Origin: Gemmatimonadaceae bacterium
GTDB lineage: Bacteria; Gemmatimonadota; Gemmatimonadetes; Gemmatimonadales; Gemmatimonadaceae
Length of the DNA stretch: 13,140 bases
Direction of reading: 5' to 3'
NCBI GenBank assembly: GCA_033763905.1
Contig: JANRJP010000106.1
Span: 1 to 13,140, forward strand
The notes under the pieces are model-generated. The model was not told where the DNA came from and ran no database searches. It was given only the letters and a program-made list of their open reading frames with translations. The position numbers and the translations under genes were made by a program. How positions within the stretch are numbered: position 1 is the first letter of the stretch; each line of letters opens with the position of its first letter. Below, in pieces: positions 1-7,588 of the stretch.

Positions 1-1031
1 AGAATCTCGTAGGCCTGCGTGAGCCACTGCCGGTCGCCGGTCGCGGCGTACACCTCCCACGCGGCGAGCGCCCAGGTCATTCGGTCGGTGGACACCGGCC
101 AGGAGCCGCCGGTGCCCGTGTCCTGAATGATGCGGCCCGAGGCGTCGACCTTGGCCAAAAGACTCGTCTTGACCGCGTCCGGCACGACGATCGCCAGACT
201 CAGCAGCGACGCGAATGACACATCGCGCGTCCACACGCCGGGCCACTTCGCGCCGGCGGACAGCGCACCGTCGGTGCGCCGCAGCTCGGTCAGTTCCTCG
301 AGCGACAGCTGCCACAGGGCATCCCAGAGCGGCTGCGGCGTCTGGATCGTCGGCAGCGCGCCAAGGTCCGCGCGCCGACGCCACTCCGCCGCACCGTCGG
401 CCCCCAAGGGTCGCGTGTACTCGGTGCGAAACGTCAGCGTGGTCTCGTAGATCCCGTCGCCGTCAGCATCGCGCAACTGCTGCGCCGCGCCCGGGGCCAG
501 TGCTCGGACATCCCACACGAGCGGGTCGGTGTCGCCAATGACGTAGACGGGATCGAGCGACGTCACGACCGCGCCGGTCGGTGTGCGATACCGCCCGGTG
601 GTCGAGAGCTCGCGCTTGGCCGCCCGCAAATCGAGTCGAAACGTCACGCGCGCCTCGCCGTCCTCGCCTTCGACGGCGTCGGTTGGACGTGGGCGTCGCG
701 GCGTGGGGGCCACGCCGAAGACGTACTGCCCCGTGGTCACCGCCCCGCCGCGGGGCCGCAGGTAGATCGTGTGCTCGGTGCCCGGGGCAAACTCGTTGTC
801 GCCACCGGCGATGCCGAACTTGAATCGCACCTCCCGCGCCGCACGCGGATACGTGGACCGCAGCGTATCTCGCGTGACGGCACGGGCAACGAAGGGTCCC
901 TGCACGACGCTGCCGCTGCGCACCGTGAAGGCGGGCGAGTCGTAGAGGACCGATTCCTGTGCCGGCAGCAGCCGCAGCGTCGGCCCGGTCACGGCCAGCA
1001 CGGCAAGCGCCGCGATGGTTCGTGTCGCCAC
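1..1031 (-). CDS. Secreted six-hairpin (alpha/alpha)6-type glycoside hydrolase ('glycogen debranching/amylo-alpha-1,6-glucosidase-like'), 3'-partial
   Basis: Translated by hand; not in the ORF track because it has no stop in the window. The frame is open from GTG 1031 (or the in-frame GTG 1052, which overlaps the ptsG TAG) to the edge: MATRTIAALAVLAVTGPTLRLLPAQESVLY...VRFKFGIAGGDNE...VYVIGDTDPLVWD...LRDADGDGIYETTLTF...AGAKWPGVWTRDVS...IIQDTGTGGSWPVSTDRMTWALAAWEVYAATGDRQWL. WTRD and 'W..Y..TGD..WL' are typical six-hairpin glycosidase motifs. The exact activity is not determinable from the sequence. Confidence 0.82.
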   Translation of the reverse strand, partial: MATRTIAALAVLAVTGPTLRLLPAQESVLYDSPAFTVRSGSVVQGPFVARAVTRDTLRSTYPRAAREVRFKFGIAGGDNEFAPGTEHTIYLRPRGGAVTTGQYVFGVAPTPRRPRPTDAVEGEDGEARVTFRLDLRAAKRELSTTGRYRTPTGAVVTSLDPVYVIGDTDPLVWDVRALAPGAAQQLRDADGDGIYETTLTFRTEYTRPLGADGAAEWRRRADLGALPTIQTPQPLWDALWQLSLEELTELRRTDGALSAGAKWPGVWTRDVSFASLLSLAIVVPDAVKTSLLAKVDASGRIIQDTGTGGSWPVSTDRMTWALAAWEVYAATGDRQWLTQAYEI

Positions 1032-1051
1032 CCGCCCCGCTCTCCCGGCCA

Positions 1052-2851
1052 CTAGGACGCCAGCGACGCCGCCAGCGCCGCCGCTCGCTCGGCGGCGACA
1101 CCGCCTTCGACCACGACGTGGACGACGTCATTGCCGAGCACCCAGACCGCAGCGCCACTCGTCGGGGACAGCAGCGCCACATTCACCGCGGCCGCATCTC
1201 GCACCGTGACGCGCACGCGATTCAGGGCGACCACCGACGACGACGTCACGTTGGCCGCGCCGCCGAGGGCGGTCCGCACCTGGGTGGCGTCGATTGCTGC
1301 CGGCGGCGCCGCCCGTGCGGACAGCGCAACCGGCGCGAGCGGTGCGGCGGGCGTGCCGCGTACAGCAACTGTTGCGCTCCGCCCACTGCCGCCCTCGAGC
1401 ACCGCCGCCATCTCGCCCTTCAGACGTTCGCTCTTGGTGCCAAACACGGCTTGCACGCCGTTGCCCACGGTCATCACTCCACTGGCCCCGAGCGCCCGCA
1501 GCGTGGCGGCATTGACCTGCGATGCGTCGTGCACCGTCAGGCGCAGCCGCGTCACGCAGGCGTCGAGCGCCTGAATGTTGGCCGCCCCGCCGAACGCGGT
1601 GATCAGCTGATCGGCCACGCTTGACCCGGCCGCCGCCGCGCCGGACTGCGCCGCCACCGCCGACGCAGCAGTGGACTCGTCGGATTCGCGCCCGGGCGTC
1701 GCCAGGTTGAACCGCGCAATGGCCGTGCGGAACACGACGAAATACATCGCCGCCCAGAGCGGCCCCATCCACAACAGCCACCAGCCACGCTGCGCATTGG
1801 GGTACAGCACCACGAAGTCGATCAGGCCGTGCGAGAACGTGGTGCTGTGATGAATGCCCACCGACACCGCGACGTAGTACGCGATGCCCGACAACACGGC
1901 GTGCACGCCGTAGAGCACCGGTGCCACGAACAGGAATGCGAACTCGATCGGCTCGGTGATGCCGGTGAGGAACGACGTGAGTGCGGCCGAGATCATAATG
2001 CCGCCGACCGCCTGACGATTCTCGGGCTTTGCGGTACGCCAGATGGCCAGCGCCGCTGCCGGCAGCCCCCACATCTTGAACAAGTAGCCGCCGGCCAAGT
2101 TGCCCGCCGTCGGGTCTCCGGCGGTGAAGCGGTAGATCTCGCCGCGCAGAATCTTACCGGTCGCCGGGTCGAGATACTGCCCCACTTCGAAGAAGAAGGG
2201 CACGTTCCAGATGTGGTGCAGCCCGAACGGGATCAGTGCGCGCTCCACCACGCCGTACAGCGCAAACGCGGTCGCGGGGCTTTCGCCCGCGGCCCAGTGC
2301 GAGAAGGCATCGATCTGTGCGCCAATCGGGGGCCAGATCACGCTCAAGCCCACACCCACCAGGATCGCGGCGAACGCCGTGAGGATCGGCACCGAGCGCT
2401 TGCCCGAGAAGAAGCCCAGCACCGCGGGCAGTTCGAGCTTGTAGTACCGCGTGTACAGCGTGGCGGCGACCGCACCGATGAGCATACCACCGAAGACGCC
2501 GGTCTCGATCGACGGAATGCCGATGATAGGCTTGGGGTCGTAGCCGACCACGGGGGCCATCACGCCCATCGTCGCGACCATCACCGCGAAGCCCACCAAC
2601 GCCGCCAAGGCCGCGACACCATCGCCACCGGTGAGTCCCAGCGCCACCGAGATCGCGAAGATCAGCGGCAGATTGCCGAAGATCGCGCCGCCGGCCTGCG
2701 CCATCAGACTCGAGGCAATCGGCGGCAGGATGGCGAACTTCGCACTGCCCACGCCAAGGAGAATGCCGGCCGCGGGCAGCACCGACACCGGCAACATCAG
2801 CGACTTGCCGATCTTCTGCACCCACGCGAACGCCGCACGCAGCTTATCCAA
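1052..2851 (-). CDS. ptsG: PTS glucose-family permease EIICB (PtsG-like) with an additional degenerate C-terminal EIIB-like domain
   Basis: Motifs [60 protein letters not shown] and FSHGLIDF, plus the EIIB phosphorylation loop LDACVTRLR (Cys codon 1556-1558). The TTG at 2851 has GGAGG 8 nt upstream and gives [16 protein letters not shown], matching the usual PtsG N-terminal length. The track start at 2872 is the alternative. Confidence 0.9.
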   Translation of the reverse strand: MDKLRAAFAWVQKIGKSLMLPVSVLPAAGILLGVGSAKFAILPPIASSLMAQAGGAIFGNLPLIFAISVALGLTGGDGVAALAALVGFAVMVATMGVMAPVVGYDPKPIIGIPSIETGVFGGMLIGAVAATLYTRYYKLELPAVLGFFSGKRSVPILTAFAAILVGVGLSVIWPPIGAQIDAFSHWAAGESPATAFALYGVVERALIPFGLHHIWNVPFFFEVGQYLDPATGKILRGEIYRFTAGDPTAGNLAGGYLFKMWGLPAAALAIWRTAKPENRQAVGGIMISAALTSFLTGITEPIEFAFLFVAPVLYGVHAVLSGIAYYVAVSVGIHHSTTFSHGLIDFVVLYPNAQRGWWLLWMGPLWAAMYFVVFRTAIARFNLATPGRESDESTAASAVAAQSGAAAAGSSVADQLITAFGGAANIQALDACVTRLRLTVHDASQVNAATLRALGASGVMTVGNGVQAVFGTKSERLKGEMAAVLEGGSGRSATVAVRGTPAAPLAPVALSARAAPPAAIDATQVRTALGGAANVTSSSVVALNRVRVTVRDAAAVNVALLSPTSGAAVWVLGNDVVHVVVEGGVAAERAAALAASLAS

Positions 2852-5486
2852 GACGCCACCCTCCCGGACCACCGTGACGGGTGGCCACCAATGCGCGGAT
2901 GGCCGCGCCGTCTTCTGCTTCGAGCGCCAGTCGCGCGGTCTCGCGACACGCCGACAGCGACAAGGTCCGTACCCGCGCCTTCACCGTGGGAATCAGCGGC
3001 AGATCGACGCTGAGCTCGTCGACGCCAAGCCCGACCAGCACGGGCACTGCCGCGACATCGCCTGCCAGCGCCCCGCACACGCCGACCCAGCGCCCCGACG
3101 CGTGCGCGCCGGACACCGTGCGATCGATCAACCGCAACACCGCCGGGTGCAGCGCGTCCACCATCGGCGCGAGCCGCGGATGCCCACGGTCCATCGCCAG
3201 CGTGTACTGCGTCAGATCGTTGGTACCAATCGAGAAGAAGTCCGCATCCTTGGCGAATTGGTCGGCCATCAACGCCGCCGCCGCGGTCTCGACCATCAAC
3301 CCGACCTGCACCGGTGCCGCGCCGAGCGCCGCTCGCTCCTCTTCGACGATGCGCTTCGCCGCGCGGAACTCGGCAAGCGTCGCGATCATCGGGAACATCA
3401 CCGCCACCTTGCCCTTGCTCGCGGCCCTGAGAATCGCGCGCACCTGCGTGCGCAGCGTCTCGGGATGCGCCAAGGACAGCCGAATCCCGCGCTCACCGAG
3501 CATCGGGTTCTCCTCGGCGGGCATCGGCAGATACGAGAGCGGCTTGTCGCCCCCAACGTCCAAGGTGCGCACCACCAAGAGCCGCTCCGGCCCGAGCGCC
3601 GATACGACGCGCTCGTACACGGCCGTCTGTTCGGCTTCGTCCGGGGCGTTGCGGCGCTCGAGGAACACGAACTCACTGCGCAGCAGGCCGACGCCCTGGC
3701 CACCGAGCTCGGCGACGCGGGGGGCATCGGCGGCATCGCCGAGGTTGCCGGCGATCTCCACGCGATGCCCGTCGGTCGTAACCGCCGGATCGTGGGCTGC
3801 GGCGAGGGCCGCCGCGCGTGCGCGCGCGGCATCGGCGAGTTGGGCGGTCACCGCCTGCTCTTCCGCCGCGCTCAACCCGTGTCGGAGCGTGCCGTGATCC
3901 CCGTCGAGGACGACACGCGTCCCCGGGGTGAGTTCCAGAATGCGCGGATCGAGTCCCGCTGCCGCCGGGATGCCAAGGCCGCGCGCCAGAATCGACGCGT
4001 GTGACGTCGCGCTGCCCATCACGGTGGCAATGGCGGCCACCCGGTTGCGATCCAACGCCACGGTATCGGATGGCGTGAGTTCTTCGGCGACCAGCACCGC
4101 GCCCGCCGGAATGGCGCCGAGCGCATCATCACGGCCAACCAGCTGCGCCAGCACGCGACGACCGACATCGCGCAGATCCGCCGCGCGCGCCGAGAGCAGC
4201 GGGTTCTTGAGTGCCAGCACGCGATCGGCCTGCGCCGTGAACGCCGCACGCCAAGACCACGCCGCACTGTTACCCGCGCGAAGCTCGGCATCGGCCGCGT
4301 CGAGCAGGTCAGGATCCTCGAGTAGCTCGGCGTGCGCCGCAAAGATCTCGGCACGCTCGCCTTCGCCTTCGGCTGTCAGCCGTTCGCGCAGCGCGCCAAG
4401 ATCGCGACGTGCGGCCGAGAGCGCGGCATCGAGCGCGCGGCGCTCGGTGGCCACGTCGCCGCCGTCGCGCGCGATCTCGGCCGCGTCACGCCGCCACACG
4501 AACACCGGACCCACCGCACTGCCCGGAGACGCCGCCACGCCGGAGAACCGCAACGGCAGGGGACCCTGCCCCACCACGGCGGGCGCTTCGGCGATGGCCG
4601 TCGCTGCTTTCGGGCGTGCAGCGGACGGCACCGGCTCGGCGGCAGGAACCGCTAGCTCGTGCAGCAGTGCGGCGCGCACCGCCGCCACGGCCTCGGCCGC
4701 ATCGTCACCCGACGCCGCGACTCGGACCCGATCGCCGCCCAGCACCTCGAGCGCCATCACCGACACCACGCTCCGGACGTTGGCCGACGCATCGCCGCGC
4801 TCCAGACGCACGTCGGCGCGGAACTGTCGCGCGGTGGACGCCAGCACAGAGGCCGGCCGTGCGTGCAGCCCGGTCTCGGCAACGATGCTGAGCCATTCGG
4901 AGCGCACCGTGGTCGGCGCGGCAGCAGACTCGGCGGCGGGCGCCGTAGCAAGCGCGGTAGCGGGCGCGGTAGCGGGCGCGGTAACGCGCGAGCTCGCGGG
5001 CGCCGCAGCCGGACGTGCCCCTTCGGCGCGGAACACTGTCAGCAGCACATCGTGTCCCGCCGTGACGCGTCCCGCCGCGGCCTCGATGCGCGTCACCGCG
5101 TCCATCGTACTGACCAGCACCGGCGTCACGAGACTCTTCGCTCGCGCCGCGACGCGATCCGCATCGAATCGCAGGAGCACTTGGCCCGCGCGGACGCGAT
5201 CCCCCGCGCTCACCTGCGGCGTGAAGCCCTCGCCGCCGAGCGCCACCGTGTCGATGCCCACGTGCAGGATGAGTTCCAGCCCGTCGGCATTGAGGGTGAT
5301 CGCGTGCTTGGCGCGATGCACTTGCACCACGGTGGCATCGCAGGGCGCGAGCAGCTCGGCGCCGAGCGGGTCGATCGCTGCGCCATCGCCGGTCATCCGT
5401 TGAGCGAAGACCGGATCCGGGACGTCGGCCAGCGGCACGACAATGCCGCTGATCGGCGCGAGAAGCCTCAGCACATCACCGGACAT
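2844..5486 (-). CDS. ptsP: Multiphosphoryl transfer protein: fused PTS EIIA(Glc family)-HPr-Enzyme I
   Basis: 880 aa. EIIA motifs [16 protein letters not shown] and LHVGIDTV; HPr motif GLHARPA; EI motifs [54 protein letters not shown] and GVCG. The SD TAAGGAG overlaps the upstream stop. Confidence 0.95.
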   Translation of the reverse strand: MSGDVLRLLAPISGIVVPLADVPDPVFAQRMTGDGAAIDPLGAELLAPCDATVVQVHRAKHAITLNADGLELILHVGIDTVALGGEGFTPQVSAGDRVRAGQVLLRFDADRVAARAKSLVTPVLVSTMDAVTRIEAAAGRVTAGHDVLLTVFRAEGARPAAAPASSRVTAPATAPATALATAPAAESAAAPTTVRSEWLSIVAETGLHARPASVLASTARQFRADVRLERGDASANVRSVVSVMALEVLGGDRVRVAASGDDAAEAVAAVRAALLHELAVPAAEPVPSAARPKAATAIAEAPAVVGQGPLPLRFSGVAASPGSAVGPVFVWRRDAAEIARDGGDVATERRALDAALSAARRDLGALRERLTAEGEGERAEIFAAHAELLEDPDLLDAADAELRAGNSAAWSWRAAFTAQADRVLALKNPLLSARAADLRDVGRRVLAQLVGRDDALGAIPAGAVLVAEELTPSDTVALDRNRVAAIATVMGSATSHASILARGLGIPAAAGLDPRILELTPGTRVVLDGDHGTLRHGLSAAEEQAVTAQLADAARARAAALAAAHDPAVTTDGHRVEIAGNLGDAADAPRVAELGGQGVGLLRSEFVFLERRNAPDEAEQTAVYERVVSALGPERLLVVRTLDVGGDKPLSYLPMPAEENPMLGERGIRLSLAHPETLRTQVRAILRAASKGKVAVMFPMIATLAEFRAAKRIVEEERAALGAAPVQVGLMVETAAAALMADQFAKDADFFSIGTNDLTQYTLAMDRGHPRLAPMVDALHPAVLRLIDRTVSGAHASGRWVGVCGALAGDVAAVPVLVGLGVDELSVDLPLIPTVKARVRTLSLSACRETARLALEAEDGAAIRALVATRHGGPGGWRLG
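4936..4983. repeat. 4 x 12-bp tandem repeat encoding [16 protein letters not shown] in the EIIA-HPr linker
   Basis: Plus-strand units gcgggcgccgta, gcaagcgcggta, gcgggcgcggta and gcgggcgcggta. Confidence 0.85.
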
Positions 5487-5490
5487 ACGG

Positions 5491-5497
5491 CTCCTTA
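5491..5497 (-). promoter_or_regulatory. Ribosome binding site of the EIIA-HPr-EI gene, overlapping the GH97 stop codon
   Basis: The minus strand reads AAG TAA GGAG CCGT ATG, so TAAGGAG includes the GH97 stop. Spacing to the ATG is short (4 nt). Confidence 0.6.
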
Positions 5498-7588
5498 CTT
5501 GGCAGGACGAATACGAATCGCCTGCCCGCCGCCGGCGGCGAGCTTAAGCGTCATCGTGGACGCGGCGGTGACGGGACGCGACGAGATCGCGATGGCCTCG
5601 GGGTTGGTTGCCCAGTCGGCCCCAGCGCCATCGGCGTAGATCTCGGCCACGAACCGCTGCCCCTTCGGCAGGAAGTCGAGCTTGACCGTGAGTGTCCTCG
5701 CGGCTTCGTCGGTGATGGCACCGACGAACCAGTCCGGACGGCCCTTCGCCTTGCGCGCGACGGCCACGTAGTCGCCGATGCTGCCGGCCAACACGGTGGT
5801 GGTGTCCCAGTCGGCAGCGACGTCCCGAATGAACTGGAAGGCCGGCTGCCCCTCGTAGTTCTCGATGAGATCGGCGGCCATCTGCACCGGCGAGTAGATC
5901 ACCACGTAGAGCGCGAGCTGCCGCGCCAGCGTCGAGCGGGGCCGTGCGTCGAGCGGCGTACGTGGCACGTTGGATCCCGACTTCGTGATGCGCAGGTTGA
6001 AGATGCCCGGCGTGAAGTCCATCGGCCCCGACAGCAGCCGCGTGAAGAACAGGATCGTCTCGTGCTCAGGTGGGTTGCCCCCTTCACCGCCCCAGGCATT
6101 GAACTCCATCCCGCGAGCGCCCTCGCGCGAGAGCATATTGGGCCAGGTGCGGCGCTCGCCGGCGTCCTTGATCGGTTCGTGCATCACGACGCCGATGCCG
6201 TGCTTGGCCGCAGTTTCGATCACGCGGCGATGGTGACGCACCATATACTGCCCCTGATGCGCGTGGCCGAGCGGGTTCACCGTGTCGCCGACGTACCCCG
6301 TCTTGATCGCCGAGATGCCGTGGCGCGCATAGAGCGCGAATGCGGAATCGAGCTGACGCTCGTAGTTCTCGATCCAGGTGGCGGTCTCGTTGTGCACGAT
6401 CAGCTTGAGACCGCGTTCCTTCGCGTAGGCCGCGAGGCCCGGGAAGTCGTAGTCCGGGTACGACCGGAGGAAGTCGAAGCTCCCGCCAGTCAGCATCCAG
6501 TTGCCGTCCCAGCCGAGATTCCATCCTTCGACGAGCGTGCCCTGCAGGCCATTCGCCGCCGCGTGGTCGAGGTACTTCTTCGTCTTGGCCGTGGTGGCAC
6601 CGTGAATCGGCCCGCTCGACCAGCTGTCGGTGTTCACGTGCATCCCCCACCAAATGCCGTTGTACTTGGTGGGCGTCAGCCACTTGGTGTCGGCAATGCG
6701 GCTCGGCGGATTGAGCTTGAGGGTGAGCGTCGAGGGCGCCAACTGCTCGACGCGGTCGGCCAACTGCACGGTGCGCCAGGGCGTGACGAAGGGTGTCTTT
6801 CCCTTGACGGCGGTGCCGTCCTTCCACTTGGCGAGTGACGCGCGGAGGGTGCGAGACTCGCTGCGGCCCTGCAGGTACATTCCGGCGTAGTCGACGAGAT
6901 CGGCTTCGTGAATCACCGCGTGCACCCCGGTCGAACCGACCAACGTGAGCGGCGTGTGTACGAGCCGCAGCTTGCTCACCGGCCCCGACGACCAGAGCAT
7001 TTCCTGTCGGTCCGGCGACGGCACGTCGGCGGGAATCCACCAGGCCTTCATATCTTCGGCCAGCGAGAATTCGGTGAGTTCCTCTTCGATCTCGAAGGCA
7101 CCGAGATTCGGCTGTGCCGGCAGTTCGTAGCGGAAGCCGACCCCGTCGTCGAACGCCCGCACCACGAGCACCAGCGAGCGCCGAAGTTCCGCCGGCTCGC
7201 TCAGCGTGAGTCGCAGCTCGCGATGCTGATCGCGAACGCGCGCCACTTCCCCAAGCGGCTGCGTGAAGGTGGTATCGCGCGCGGCGGTGGTGGCCGCCGT
7301 GATCCGCAGCCCGTCGCCCAACGCCGGTGCCCCACGGAACGTGAAGCCGATGCGCGACGGCATCACCACGGGTTGTCCGCGCCGTGTCACCGACCAGCGC
7401 ACACCACCGTCACGCTCCTCGATGGTGACGACATTGCGGCCGTCGGGTGACGCTACTGAGTAGCCTCCCCCGCTGCGCGGCGTGGCAGCCACCGGCGGCG
7501 AGGTCTGCCACACCGGCGTCTGCGCCGGCACCGCCGAGGGCCCCGCCGCGAACAGCAGGGCCGCGGCGCGAATCATTCGAACGTTCAC
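5495..7588 (-). CDS. Glycoside hydrolase family 97 (SusB-like alpha-glucosidase/glucoamylase), secreted
   Basis: Motifs RAFDDGVGFRYE, TPWRT, KYNGIWWGMH, LVEGWN.GW, HNET, KTGYV, HEP, REGARGME, FTRLLSGPMDFTPG and TLARQLALYV. Start reassigned from 7840 to the GTG at 7588: it overlaps the amylase TGA (GTGA), has GGGAG 7 nt upstream, and gives a signal peptide MNVRMIRAAALLFAAGPSAVPA-Q (697 aa). The ATG at 7576 is an alternative start. Confidence 0.93.
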   Translation of the reverse strand: MNVRMIRAAALLFAAGPSAVPAQTPVWQTSPPVAATPRSGGGYSVASPDGRNVVTIEERDGGVRWSVTRRGQPVVMPSRIGFTFRGAPALGDGLRITAATTAARDTTFTQPLGEVARVRDQHRELRLTLSEPAELRRSLVLVVRAFDDGVGFRYELPAQPNLGAFEIEEELTEFSLAEDMKAWWIPADVPSPDRQEMLWSSGPVSKLRLVHTPLTLVGSTGVHAVIHEADLVDYAGMYLQGRSESRTLRASLAKWKDGTAVKGKTPFVTPWRTVQLADRVEQLAPSTLTLKLNPPSRIADTKWLTPTKYNGIWWGMHVNTDSWSSGPIHGATTAKTKKYLDHAAANGLQGTLVEGWNLGWDGNWMLTGGSFDFLRSYPDYDFPGLAAYAKERGLKLIVHNETATWIENYERQLDSAFALYARHGISAIKTGYVGDTVNPLGHAHQGQYMVRHHRRVIETAAKHGIGVVMHEPIKDAGERRTWPNMLSREGARGMEFNAWGGEGGNPPEHETILFFTRLLSGPMDFTPGIFNLRITKSGSNVPRTPLDARPRSTLARQLALYVVIYSPVQMAADLIENYEGQPAFQFIRDVAADWDTTTVLAGSIGDYVAVARKAKGRPDWFVGAITDEAARTLTVKLDFLPKGQRFVAEIYADGAGADWATNPEAIAISSRPVTAASTMTLKLAAGGGQAIRIRPAK

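Noticed and set aside
463..1182. Minus-strand 239-aa ORF offered by the track downstream of ptsG
   Set aside because: Wrong frame, Arg-rich and without motifs. The real gene is the frame starting at 1031/1052 and running off the window.
4936..4983. Tandem repeats as a CRISPR array or mobile-element end
   Set aside because: The 12-bp units have no spacers and are in frame inside a protein linker. No cas, transposase or integrase genes are in the window.
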